A DNA stretch of 64,000 bases from an uncultured Alphaproteobacteria bacterium (GTDB taxonomy: Bacteria > Pseudomonadota > Alphaproteobacteria > Rhizobiales > Beijerinckiaceae). The position numbers and the translations under genes were made by a program. The DNA is taken from positions 25,196-89,195 of the forward strand of contig CAWCDW010000009.1 in the NCBI GenBank assembly GCA_963794475.1, read 5' to 3'. Below, one piece after another: positions 9,935-20,300 of the stretch. The notes beneath the pieces were generated by a model. It worked only from the letters and a program-made list of their open reading frames with translations, was not told where the DNA came from and made no database searches. Numbering within the stretch: the stretch's first letter is position 1; each line of letters begins with the position of its first letter.

Positions 9935-10786
9935 TCAGTTTTGCGGCCCCATGAGCCGGTGGGAATGCTCGGCGCACAAGACGTGGTTGTGGAGATTTGC
10001 GATCCATTGGCGGCCGGAGACGGTGAGGTTCAGATATTTCATGCCGTCCTCGAGATGCATGGCGACGCTGTTCCAGAAGAAACCCGGATATTTCTCGATG
10101 AGATCGGCCGGCGAGGCGTAGCCGAGTTGCCGGTTCAGGCCGATCTCCTCGAACTCGAAGAAAAGGGCGTTCGCCTTCCTCGGATACAAGGGATCGCCGA
10201 GTTGACCGATGAGGTCGGCGGCTTGCACGAGCCTGGGCTCGAGCGCGCCGTTCGCGGCCTTGGGGCCCGAGCGCGGCGGGAAGCGGGTGGATTCGATCGC
10301 CTCGGCCACGCGCTCGGCATCGATGGTCGGCGATTTTCCCAAGCGCTCGAAGACGAAGAGCTTGGAGCGGTCGACATGATAGGGCGCGAGCGACGCGTCT
10401 GAAGCGCCGCGCGGCAGCGTGACGGTCTTGCCGCTCTTGTCGATCACGAACTCGGTCTCGGTGTCGGCGCTCAGCACGCCCCGCACATAGCCGATGTCGT
10501 GCAAAAGGCAGGCGACGATCAGGTGGTCGTAATCGGTGGGCTCGATGCGCTCGCACAGCGTGCGGCCGCGCATGATGTCGCGGCCCACCATGGTGACCAG
10601 GAGGGTATGCTCAAAATTATGATAGAGGGCATCGCTCCGCCCGAGGCACTCGATGGCGCTGCGCGCGAGCGAGCCCAAGCGTTCAGCCACGTGATTATAA
10701 GAAGAGCCGAAGATCTCGCGGAAGTCATTGGCCAGAAATTTGCCGATCTTCTTGGCCGCGACTGCCGTGATCGTTTTCATGGTCAT
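9935..10786 (-). CDS. HD-domain metal-dependent phosphohydrolase of unknown substrate
   Basis: YHNFEH, ACLLHDIGY (HD), YHVDRS, AADLIGQLGDP. Confidence 0.8.
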   Translation of the reverse strand: MTMKTITAVAAKKIGKFLANDFREIFGSSYNHVAERLGSLARSAIECLGRSDALYHNFEHTLLVTMVGRDIMRGRTLCERIEPTDYDHLIVACLLHDIGYVRGVLSADTETEFVIDKSGKTVTLPRGASDASLAPYHVDRSKLFVFERLGKSPTIDAERVAEAIESTRFPPRSGPKAANGALEPRLVQAADLIGQLGDPLYPRKANALFFEFEEIGLNRQLGYASPADLIEKYPGFFWNSVAMHLEDGMKYLNLTVSGRQWIANLHNHVLCAEHSHRLMGPQN

Positions 10787-10859
10787 CGCTCCCTGGCCTA
10801 TATGGGCGGTCTATTACAGACCGGCTTCGGCGCGATGACAACTGGTGCGTTTGGCGTGC

Positions 10860-12230
10860 CTAGAGAACTCCGGTATCCGTTCCGTCGCGCAAGCGCCCCA
10901 TCAGGTCCGCGTCATCGTAACGCTCGAGGCTGAGCTGCGAGGCGAAGGCAGGACGCGCCGCGCCGCGCACCCAGGCGGCGCAAAGCGCGCCTGCCGCGCA
11001 CGCACCCATGGTCCCGAAGCCGGAAAGAGCGCCCGCGACGTAAGCGCGCCTTGTCTTCATCGGGCCGACGAGCGGCCAGTTTTCCTTCGTCATCGTATAG
11101 AAGCCCCCATAATGGCTCATCTGCCGCGGAAGCCGCCCGAAATACCGCTTGAGGCCGGGGTTGAGACGACTTGCGCCGCGCAGGACGATCTCGGGGAAGT
11201 TGGGATCCGTAGCGGGCTCATCGGTGAGCGTCGACGGCGTCTGATTATAGGCCCAGCCAAGCTTGATCCACTGGCCCGCTTCGCCGCCTTCGGGCCGACA
11301 GTGGATTGCACCGGGCATCGGCTTTGTCAGCCAACCCGTGGCGGCATCCTCTTGCAGCGTGGCTCGCTCTTCGTCGGTCCAGTCGATGATCTGGCCATCG
11401 AGGTCGATTGCGAACGGCATCTTTCGGTCGATGGCGCCCTCAGGGTCGGCAAGCGCGATCTTTTGCTGAAACACATTCACGATCGGCAGCTCTTCTCCCA
11501 GCATGGCGGCAACGTCGCCCGCATAGGGGCCGGCAGCGTTCACGACGGTCTCGGCCCGAACTCTCTCGACCCCGTCACGCCCATCGAGCGCGAGGATGAA
11601 CTCGCTGCCTCTCTCGATCGCGACGACACGCGCGGCTTTGAGCGAGCCGCCACGGGCGCGGACATGCTCGAGCATGAGGGCGCCGAGCTGCTGGCCGCTG
11701 ATGTCGCCGGCCCGACGAATATGGAGGAGGGTGGCAACGGCCGGATCGAAGCTCGGAAAATGTTGTCGAATGAGGCTCCGGCCTTGAATGACATCGACGC
11801 CACTCGGCGCCGTTTCCCAATCCGCCCGCTCGGCGGGCCGATAGGTTTTCGGGGAGCCGGAAGCATGGACGCGAATGCGCGTGGCGCCCTCTTTTGCATA
11901 TCCGACATCGAGCCTTTCCAGGAGCGGTGCCGGATCGGCCTGCCGCGTCGCCAACACATAGCCGCGGCGCGTCATGTGGATGCGGTTGCGGCTCTCTCTC
12001 GCGATCGCTTCCATCAGGTCGATGCTGTAATCGGTGAAGGCGGTCATCGTCGGGTGCGGCCACCAGTTGCGGTAATTCTCGCCCGATGCCGCGGAAGTCA
12101 GGCTCATCGGAGGCCTGGCGTCGACGATCAGCACTCCCTTGTCGCGATGACGGGTCGAGAGATAATAGGCGCAGGCGAGGCCGACGATGCCCGCGCCGAT
12201 CACCACGACCTCCACTCGATCGGTGTTCAC
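10860..12230 (-). CDS. FAD-dependent oxidoreductase (DAO family)
   Basis: VVVIGAGIVG dinucleotide fold; GALSGFGTMGACAAG. Confidence 0.88.
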   Translation of the reverse strand: MNTDRVEVVVIGAGIVGLACAYYLSTRHRDKGVLIVDARPPMSLTSAASGENYRNWWPHPTMTAFTDYSIDLMEAIARESRNRIHMTRRGYVLATRQADPAPLLERLDVGYAKEGATRIRVHASGSPKTYRPAERADWETAPSGVDVIQGRSLIRQHFPSFDPAVATLLHIRRAGDISGQQLGALMLEHVRARGGSLKAARVVAIERGSEFILALDGRDGVERVRAETVVNAAGPYAGDVAAMLGEELPIVNVFQQKIALADPEGAIDRKMPFAIDLDGQIIDWTDEERATLQEDAATGWLTKPMPGAIHCRPEGGEAGQWIKLGWAYNQTPSTLTDEPATDPNFPEIVLRGASRLNPGLKRYFGRLPRQMSHYGGFYTMTKENWPLVGPMKTRRAYVAGALSGFGTMGACAAGALCAAWVRGAARPAFASQLSLERYDDADLMGRLRDGTDTGVL

Positions 12231-12300
12231 GAAGCCTGCTCCTCGATCGGCACGGATCGGCGCGCCCTATGGCGCGCCGCGCGCATGAGCCGCGACCCGG

Positions 12301-13500
12301 TCAAATGATCCCTTCTTCGGGCATGGGTCTGCCATCCGGCACGCGCGACCAGCCGAGGCGGGTAAGATCAATCGTTTCAAAGCGGCCTTTGAGAATGTGC
12401 TCGGCGATCGAAAGGCCGCAGGCCGGCGCATGCATGAGGCCATGGCCCGAAAACCCGGCCGCCACGTAAAAATTCTCGCACTCGCCGTTCCAGGGGCCGA
12501 TGATGGCATTGCCGTCGAAGTCATTTTGATCATAAAGGCCGGGCATGGTCGTCTTGCACTTCGCCTTCTCGAATTGCGGGAAGCGATGGGCGAGAGCCGG
12601 CCAGACCACATCATCAAAATAGTCGTGGTCGATCTCGAAGTTGAAGCCTCGCGGTTCGCGCAAGGTCGGCACCCCGCCCGTGTACCCCTTGCCTTCGGGG
12701 CGAAACGCCAGCCGATCGACATCCTTGAGGTAAGGAAGCGGCTCGATCCTTTCCTCGCATTCGAAATAATGCTCGTAGCGTCGAAGCGGCGTGATCGGGA
12801 CCTTCATGCCGATCATCGCACAAATTTGCTGCGCCCAAGCGCCGGTCGCGTTCACGGCGTGAGCGGGCTTCAGCTTGCGCCCGGATTTCAAGGTGAGCGA
12901 ACGAAGGAGCCGACCTTGCCGCTCGATTGCCGTAACCTCGTCATCGATCAACTCGACGCCGAGCGACTTCACCTTGCGCCGAGAAGCCATGAGCACGGCG
13001 TAAGGATCGAGCCAGCCGTCATTATGCGATTGGACGGCAGCGCCGAGATCATCCACCCGCATCGAAGGGAAACGTTCCTTGAGCGCGTCGGGAGCGAGCC
13101 ACTCCACATTCACTTTGTGTTGTTTTTGCCTTTCGAAATTCCGTGCCAAGGTCGCGACGCCCCTTGGCGGGACGATGAAGAGATAACCGCCCTTCTTGAA
13201 ACCGATGTCGGCGATATCGCCATTCACCGCCATGAGCTCATGAAACCTCTCGTAGACGGGGATGCTATGGTTCGAGAGCTCGATGTTCTCAGGAAGCGTA
13301 AAAAGGCGCCTGACCCCGCCCGATGCTCGCGGCGTCGAGGCCAACGCATAGGACGGGTCTTTCTCGATGACGGCGATCCGGCAATTCCCGTCCATCGTTC
13401 GAAGCGAGTAGGCAATGGCCAAGCCGATGGCGCCGGCGCCGATGATCGCGACGTCAAGCTTACCGGAGTCGCGAGCGGCAAGGTTCCCAGGGGGCATCAT
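12301..13500 (-). CDS. FAD-dependent oxidoreductase (DAO family)
   Basis: AIIGAGAIG, STPRASGG, DGWLDPY, GFSGHGLMHAPA. Confidence 0.9.
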   Translation of the reverse strand: MMPPGNLAARDSGKLDVAIIGAGAIGLAIAYSLRTMDGNCRIAVIEKDPSYALASTPRASGGVRRLFTLPENIELSNHSIPVYERFHELMAVNGDIADIGFKKGGYLFIVPPRGVATLARNFERQKQHKVNVEWLAPDALKERFPSMRVDDLGAAVQSHNDGWLDPYAVLMASRRKVKSLGVELIDDEVTAIERQGRLLRSLTLKSGRKLKPAHAVNATGAWAQQICAMIGMKVPITPLRRYEHYFECEERIEPLPYLKDVDRLAFRPEGKGYTGGVPTLREPRGFNFEIDHDYFDDVVWPALAHRFPQFEKAKCKTTMPGLYDQNDFDGNAIIGPWNGECENFYVAAGFSGHGLMHAPACGLSIAEHILKGRFETIDLTRLGWSRVPDGRPMPEEGII

Positions 13501-13577
13501 GCGTCCTGCGCGAGTGGTGTCACGGCGTTTTTTCCGCCGATGATGTGATCGGCCATCTGGAGCCTTGGCGCAATCGC

Positions 13578-14792
13578 ATGAAAGCTTCCCCTCACGTCGT
13601 CGTCATCGGAGCCGGCACGCTCGGCCTGTGCTCGGCGCTCAATCTTGTCGAAGCGGGCGCCCGTGTCACGGTTATCGACGCGCAATCGATCGCCTCCGGT
13701 TCGAGCGGACGTTCGGTGGGCGTCGTGGGGACGCAATTCACCGACCCCTTCGACATCCTTCTTCGCGTGCACGCGATGCGCCAATTCGGCGGATGGGAGC
13801 GCCTTGGCCTTGGCTTCCACCACATCGGCTATCTGCGTCTCGCCCGGACGCCTGCGCAGATGCAGCTCTTCGCGCACTCGGTCGAGATGCAGAAGGAAGC
13901 GGGATTGAGGTCGCGGCTTTATGATGCACAAGAGCTGCGGCAACTCGTTCCGCATCTCAGCACCGAGGGCCTCGAAGGCGGAATTTTCGGACCCGACAAC
14001 GGCTTCCTCGACCCCCATGAGATGTGCAACTTCATTGCGGAGAGGGTGCGCGCTCGCGGCGGCGAGATCCGTCAATTCTGCGCGCTTCACGGCGTCAAGC
14101 GGCGAAGCGCCGGCTATACGCTCGAGACCGGGAAAGGCCCGCTCGATTGCGACATCGTGGTCAATGCGGCCGGCGCCTGGGCTCCGGCCGTGGCCAGGCT
14201 TTTCGGGCAGAGGCTGCACATTTTTCCCGAGCGGCACGAGGCGATCGTGATCCACCTCGACCCGCCGCTCGACTACACGATGCCGATGGTGATGGACCTG
14301 GTGAACGGTGAGGGAACGGGCCTCAATTTTCGTCACGAGAAACGCGGTGAGCTGATTGCCGAAATCCACAAGGCGAGCGCCGCCGCCGCTCTGGAAAACC
14401 CCGACGATTACAACGAGCAGTTCGAGGACGTTTCGAAGGAGAGGCTCGCCGAGCTTCTCCTCGAACGCTTGCCGGATTTGCCAGGCGCTCGCCTCGGCAG
14501 GGGCTGGGCTGGGCTCTATCCCGTCACGGCCGATCATCGGCCCTTCGTCGGCCTTTTCGATGCGTCCGAGGAAAGGCTCGTGACCGCGGCTGGCGCCGGC
14601 GGCTACGGCATTCAGCTCGCTCCCGTGATCGGCCAGATCGCGGCCGATTGGGCGCTGCATGGTGGCCCGGTCTCGGCGCCGGGCACAGAGTGCCTGTCAC
14701 CGACCCCGGACCGGAACGTGCCGGTAAAGTCACACAGCGAGCAGGCTGGACGCGGAATAGGCATTTGCGGCTTGTCGCAAAAGCCAAGCTGA
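13578..14792 (+). CDS. FAD-dependent oxidoreductase (DAO / monomeric sarcosine oxidase-like)
   Basis: VVVIGAGTLG, SSGRSVG, WAGLYPVTADHRP, GAGGYGIQLAP. Confidence 0.9.
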   Translation: MKASPHVVVIGAGTLGLCSALNLVEAGARVTVIDAQSIASGSSGRSVGVVGTQFTDPFDILLRVHAMRQFGGWERLGLGFHHIGYLRLARTPAQMQLFAHSVEMQKEAGLRSRLYDAQELRQLVPHLSTEGLEGGIFGPDNGFLDPHEMCNFIAERVRARGGEIRQFCALHGVKRRSAGYTLETGKGPLDCDIVVNAAGAWAPAVARLFGQRLHIFPERHEAIVIHLDPPLDYTMPMVMDLVNGEGTGLNFRHEKRGELIAEIHKASAAAALENPDDYNEQFEDVSKERLAELLLERLPDLPGARLGRGWAGLYPVTADHRPFVGLFDASEERLVTAAGAGGYGIQLAPVIGQIAADWALHGGPVSAPGTECLSPTPDRNVPVKSHSEQAGRGIGICGLSQKPS

Positions 14793-14839
14793 GCCCAATC
14801 GCATAAGCCGACCTTTTCGGCGGATCAGCAACTTTGCCG

Positions 14840-15195
14840 TTAAACCGGAGTCGCTTGATCGATCGAACTGCTGATCCAAAGCGTCGACGCGCCCGCGGAC
14901 TCGAGGATTTCCAGGAACTCCCAGGACGCCTCGGGCGGGGCCGTTCCGAACGCCACGGGATCATGACGCTTGTGATCGAGATCGAACCAGAGCAGGAACC
15001 ACGGGTCGATCTTGTCTTGAGGCAAAACCCGGACATCGTCGAATAGCAGGGCCGGTTCGGACCCGCTTTTCGTCCAGCTTCGCTTCTGCTCCTCGACGAG
15101 CCCCACGAATTGTTTGACGTAATGATCGCGCACGCCGGCGACCAATCTCTCAAGGCCCGTGAGGTAATGCTGCCGATGGAGGTTTGAAAACGCAC
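14840..15195 (-). pseudogene. Possible 5'-truncated gene fragment of unknown family
   Basis: Protein-like open frame runs ~16 codons upstream of the TTG to a TAG with no ATG. Confidence 0.25.
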
Positions 15196-15212
15196 GCGCT
15201 GAAACTGTCTAA

Positions 15213-16538
15213 TTAGCAGGACGATAGGGGAACGCGCAAATCATCGTGGGCGCCTTCCCCACCATTACGCTCGCCTTCTCCACGATTCGTGAAGCTGGCC
15301 GTCTCCGGCATCGCGAGCAGCAATGTGAGAAGCGCCGCTGCCGCGACGATTCCGCCTCCGATGAATGCGGCGCTGTAACCAAGGCGGTCGACGGTAAGGC
15401 CCGCGGCCAGCCCACTGAGCGAGGCGCCGATCCCCTGCACCGTCGCAATGGCGCCTTGCGCGACATTATATCGCCCGGTGCCGCGCATCAGATCGGCGAT
15501 GACGAGTGGCGTGATCGCACCGAAAACGCCAGCCCCGATCCCGTCGAGGAGTTGCACGCCGATCAACCACGCCGCATTGTCGGAGGCTGTGTAGAGAAAG
15601 GCGCGAATCGGCAGGACGGCAAAGCCGACGAGCAGCAGGGGCTTGCGGCCGATCCGATCCGCATAATGCCCGACCGCCAGAGCCACCGGCAACATGATGA
15701 GCTGTGCGGCGATAATGCAGGACGACATCATGGCGGTCGCCGCCTGCTTGTGGGCGATCGCGAGCTTCTGCCCCACGAGCGGCAAGAGCGGCGCATTCGC
15801 GAAGTGAAACAGCAAGGTGCACGCCGCATAAATCAAAAGCGGTCGGCAAGTCAGCAGAATGGAGAGGCCGGACGGTGCGCCGTGCTCCGTGGCGATGCCG
15901 TCTTCGGCGCCACGCGCGCGCTCGTGATCGATCGCGTCAGCGGGGATCGACAGCACGGCGAGCGCGGCGAGAACCGCGAACACCGGCACGAGGAGGAAGA
16001 CAGCGCGTTGCGAGAAGAACCAGCCGATGGCTCCGGCCAAGACGGCGATCGCCACATTGCCCGCATGATCGAAAGCCGAGTTCCGGCCGATACGCCGGGC
16101 GAGCTCGGCGCGCACGTAAAGCCCGAGCGTCAGCGCCGCGATCGCCGGTCCGAAGACGTCCCCGACTGTCGAAATCAAGATGTTGGCCACCATGACAGGC
16201 CAGAATTCAGGCAGGGCGTAGATAAGGACCGCGCCCCCGGCGAGGAGCGCCAAGGCCACGACGACGAGCAGGCGCTTTGCCCTTGTGGCGTCGATCGCGG
16301 CGCCGATCGGCGTCTGTACCGCGATTCCCAGCAGACCCCCCACGGTCGTCACCACCCCGACCGATGACTGACTCCAATGTTGTTGGGTCACGAGAAAGAC
16401 GTTGAGGTAAGGGCCGAGCGCACCGCGCACATCGGCCATCAAAAAATTCAGCGCGTCGAGCGAGCGCGGATCGAAGCGCCTCCCGGGCTTGCTTGTTCCG
16501 GCGGTTGCAGAATGTGTTCGGGCGTTCAAGGGCGACAT
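15213..16538 (-). CDS. MFS transporter
   Basis: ~12 hydrophobic segments; motif A variants GAAIDATRAK and ADRIGRK. Confidence 0.92.
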   Translation of the reverse strand: MSPLNARTHSATAGTSKPGRRFDPRSLDALNFLMADVRGALGPYLNVFLVTQQHWSQSSVGVVTTVGGLLGIAVQTPIGAAIDATRAKRLLVVVALALLAGGAVLIYALPEFWPVMVANILISTVGDVFGPAIAALTLGLYVRAELARRIGRNSAFDHAGNVAIAVLAGAIGWFFSQRAVFLLVPVFAVLAALAVLSIPADAIDHERARGAEDGIATEHGAPSGLSILLTCRPLLIYAACTLLFHFANAPLLPLVGQKLAIAHKQAATAMMSSCIIAAQLIMLPVALAVGHYADRIGRKPLLLVGFAVLPIRAFLYTASDNAAWLIGVQLLDGIGAGVFGAITPLVIADLMRGTGRYNVAQGAIATVQGIGASLSGLAAGLTVDRLGYSAAFIGGGIVAAAALLTLLLAMPETASFTNRGEGERNGGEGAHDDLRVPLSSC

Positions 16539-16870
16539 CGCTCAGCTTGTGACAAGGGTGATGCTAAGCGAGGTGGAGGGCCGCCGCGGCGAGAAAGTCT
16601 CCAGCCGTCGACCGCTGGTCCTCGCACCGCCAGGGGACGAGCCATAAGATCGTCGCCAAAGTTACGATCTTGTGGGAACATGGGTCCGCTGATGCTTGTC
16701 GCGCGAATGGGCTGGGCGGGTTGAATGAGCGGCGGATAGACAATCGGTTACTTGGTGAGGGCCATCTTGGTTCCGGTATTCATTGGCGGATGGGGACTCG
16801 GATCAGCGGTGCTTAGCCGAAACACCGGAGGCAGCTTCGCGGTAAAGCCAAGGGGGCGCAGTCGAATTTC

Positions 16871-16895
16871 GGAACCATTCGCCCGAGCAAACGTA
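16871..16895 (+). promoter_or_regulatory. Candidate sigma-EcfG (general stress) promoter
   Basis: GGAAC-N16-CGTA versus consensus GGAAC-N16/17-CGTT (one mismatch), ~90 bp upstream of a response regulator/HWE kinase pair. Confidence 0.35.
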
Positions 16896-16985
16896 AGGCC
16901 AAAATCACCATCCGGGCTGACCTATCCACGGGGCACATCCGGAAAAAATGAAATGGCGCGCTGCGTCGCCCCGGAGGGTCCAGCG

Positions 16986-17360
16986 ATGTCGGCCAGAGGA
17001 TTGCGCGTGCTGGTCATCGAGGACGAGGCTTTGATCAGGCTGGAGCTCGAGGACATGCTCGGCGATCTCGGTTGCGAGATCGCCGGCAGCGCGGGAAATC
17101 TCGAGACCGCCCTGAAGCTGGTCGATCAAGTCGAGTGTGACATTGCGGTGCTCGACATCAACTTGGCCAATCAGCGGGTGGACGCCGTCGTGGATCGGCT
17201 GGTCGAGCGCGGAATCCCTTTCCTGTTTACGACAGGATACGGCGAGCGCGGCCAGCCCGTTGCTCATCCCGGCGCGCCGCTGCTCGAGAAGCCTTATGCT
17301 CCCGAAGCCCTGGACGCGGCGCTCGCGCAGTTGCGGTCCGGTCGCAAGCAAAACGAATAA
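16986..17360 (+). CDS. Single-domain response regulator, FAT-GUY (SdrG/MrrA-like) type
   Basis: VLVIEDE, AVLDINL (phospho-Asp), PFLFTTGYG, LEKPY. Confidence 0.88.
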   Translation: MSARGLRVLVIEDEALIRLELEDMLGDLGCEIAGSAGNLETALKLVDQVECDIAVLDINLANQRVDAVVDRLVERGIPFLFTTGYGERGQPVAHPGAPLLEKPYAPEALDAALAQLRSGRKQNE

Positions 17361-17371
17361 TTGGCGTCCCC

Positions 17372-20300
17372 ATGGCTTCTGGTCCCGAGCCCGAAATCGA
17401 ATCACGGGGCGACCCCGTTTTTGCCGGCGGTGGCGAGCTCGGCAAGCTCATTCGCAATTACGATTGGGCCAAGACGCCTCTCGGGCCGCTGAGCCAATGG
17501 CCGCAAAGCCTCAGGACGGCGGTCGGCATCATCCTCGCCTCGCGCCAGCCCTTCTGGATCGGATGGGGGCCGGAGCTCACTTATCTTTACAACGACCCGT
17601 ACAAATCGATTATCGGGGGCAAACATCCCTGGGCGCTCGGCCGGCCCACCAAGGAAGTATGGAGCGAAATCTGGGCGGACATCAGCCCCATGCTGGATCA
17701 AGCCATGACCGGCAGCGAAGGGACTTACGTCGAGCAGCAGCTCTTGATCATGGAGCGGAGCGGCTATCCGGAAGAAACTTATTACACCTTCTCATATAGC
17801 CCGATCCGCGATGATCGCGGGCAACCCGCGGGCATCATCTGCGCCAATACGGATGACACGGCGCGCGTCGTCGGCGCCCGCGAGATCGCCCTCTTGGGCG
17901 ATCTCGCCTCCGCCACGGCCCAGGCCCGCAGCAGGAATGAGGCGATCGCCGCAGTGTCTCGCGTTTTGGCGGACCGGCCGCTCGACCTCCCCTTCAGCCT
18001 GATCTATTGGGCCGAAGCGAGCGGCAGCTTTTTGCTCGCCGGTGCCTCCGGCATCGAGCCCGGCCATCCCGCGGCGCCGCACTCCATCGATTTTGATGCG
18101 CTACGCCCCTGGCCTTTGGGCCGCGTCCTTCGCAGCGCCGAGCCGCTGCAGGCGCACCCTCTCAAGGGTTCCGCCGAGCTGCCGATGGGAGCCTGGGCGA
18201 AGCCTCCGCAATCGAGCGTGTTGCTGCCTCTCAAGATCGGCGCGGGCGGTAGCCCCGGCGTTTTCGTCGCGGCCCTCAACCCATTCCGCAAGCTTGACGC
18301 GCGCTACCGCGGCTTCCTCGGCCTGATTGCCGGGCAGATCGCCGCTGGAATTTCCAACGCCGAAGCCCACGCGGCCGAGCGGGAGCGCGCCGAGAAGCTC
18401 GCGGAGATCGACCGCGCCAAGACGCAATTCTTTTCCAATGTGAGCCATGAGTTCCGCACGCCGCTCACGCTTTTGCTGTCGCCGGTCGAGCAACTCCTCG
18501 CGCAGCCGCAAACGGAAGACACCAAGGCCTCGTTGCAGCTTGCTCGCCGCAATGCGCACCGGCTTTTGCGGTTGGTGAACAGCCTTCTCGATCTCTCGCG
18601 CGCCGAAGCGGGCCGTTTGCAGACGCGATATGCGGCGACCGATCTCGCGAGCTTCACGGCGGAGGTCGCCGGCAATTTCCGCTCCCTCATCGAGGCCGCC
18701 GGGCTCGCTCTCGAAATCGACTGCGCTCCACTTTCGGAACCCGTCTATGTGGATCGAGACCTTTGGGAGAAGATCATCTTCAATCTTCTCTCCAACGCCT
18801 ACAAATTCACCTTCGAGGGCTCTATTCGTGTTGCGGTCGCCCCGAGTGCCGACGCCAAGGGCGTCAAGCTGACGGTGACCGATACGGGCGTCGGCATCCC
18901 GGCTGATGAGCTCGAGCATATGTTCGACCGCTTCCATCGGGTCGAAGGGCAAAAGGGGCGATCGCTCGAAGGCACCGGCATCGGGCTCGCCCTGGTGCGC
19001 GAATATGTTGTGCTGCACGCGGGCGAGGTCGAGGTCGAGAGCGCGGTGGGCGAGGGTAGCACCTTCACGGTGACCTTGCCCTTCGGCAATCGCCACCTCG
19101 ATCTCAACAAGATCGACGTCTCGGCGGCTCAGAGCGCGGCGCCTTCGAGCCGCGCCTATGTCGATGCGCTGAGCCAGGCCGAAGATGGTTTGGACGCTTT
19201 CGAAAATCTGTCGCCGCTCCCTGTCCCCGCCGGTGCTGCGCGCCGCGCACGCCTACTGATCGCGGAGGACAACGCGGATATGCGCGCCTATCTGGTGCGC
19301 CTGCTCTCGCGGGACTACGCGATCATCACGGCCGGCAATGGGCGCGAGGCCCTGGCGACCATCAAGGCCGACCGACCCGATCTCGTGCTCAGCGATGTGA
19401 TGATGCCTGATCTCGATGGCTTTGGCCTCATGGCGGCCTTGAGGGGCGATCCCCAAACCTCGAGCGTCCCTTTCATCTTGATGTCGGCGAGGGCCGGCGA
19501 GGAGGCGAGGCTCGAGGGCATCCAGGCGGGTGCCGACGATTACCTCACCAAGCCGTTTTCGGCGCGCGAGCTCGTGGCGCGCGTCGAGGGAAGTTTGCGC
19601 CTGTCCCGCGCCCGATCCGAGGCAGCCTCGGCACTCGGCCGAAGCGCAGCCGCGCTGGCGCGCCACGCGGCCGATCTCGGCGAAGCGCAGCGTTTGGCGA
19701 AAGTCGGGAGCTGGACATGGGACGCGGCGACCGATGCGACAACAGGCTCGGCGGAGCTTTACCGCATCTTTGGGCTCGACCCGAGAGCCGGAGCCTTCCC
19801 CGCTTTCAAGGCTCAGGACGGCACGCTCTACCCGAATGAAAGCTGGGTCACGATCAGCAATGCTATGCAAGAAACGATGCGCAGCGGCAAGGATTACCAA
19901 ATCGATGTGCCTGCGTTCAACCGGGGCTCGCCGATCTGGATTTCAATGCGCTCCGAGGTGATGCGCGATGCAAAAAGCCATGCGGTTGGCCTCAGGGGTA
20001 CCGTGCAGGACGTGACCGAGCGAAAGGAGGCCGAGAATCGCCAGCGGCTTTTAATCGACGAGCTCAATCATCGGGTGAAGAACACGCTCGCCATCGTGCA
20101 GTCGATGGTCTCTCAAACGCTGCGTGAGAATCCCGATCCCAAGCTTTTCAAATCGACGTTCACGGCGCGCCTCCTCGCGCTGTCCGCGGCTCACACCTTG
20201 CTCACGGGACGGACCTGGCAAGCCGCGGAACTGAGCGAGATCGTTGCCGCGGCATTGGCCCCCTACAGGCAGGGCAAGGCCGATCGAGCGCGGATCCATG

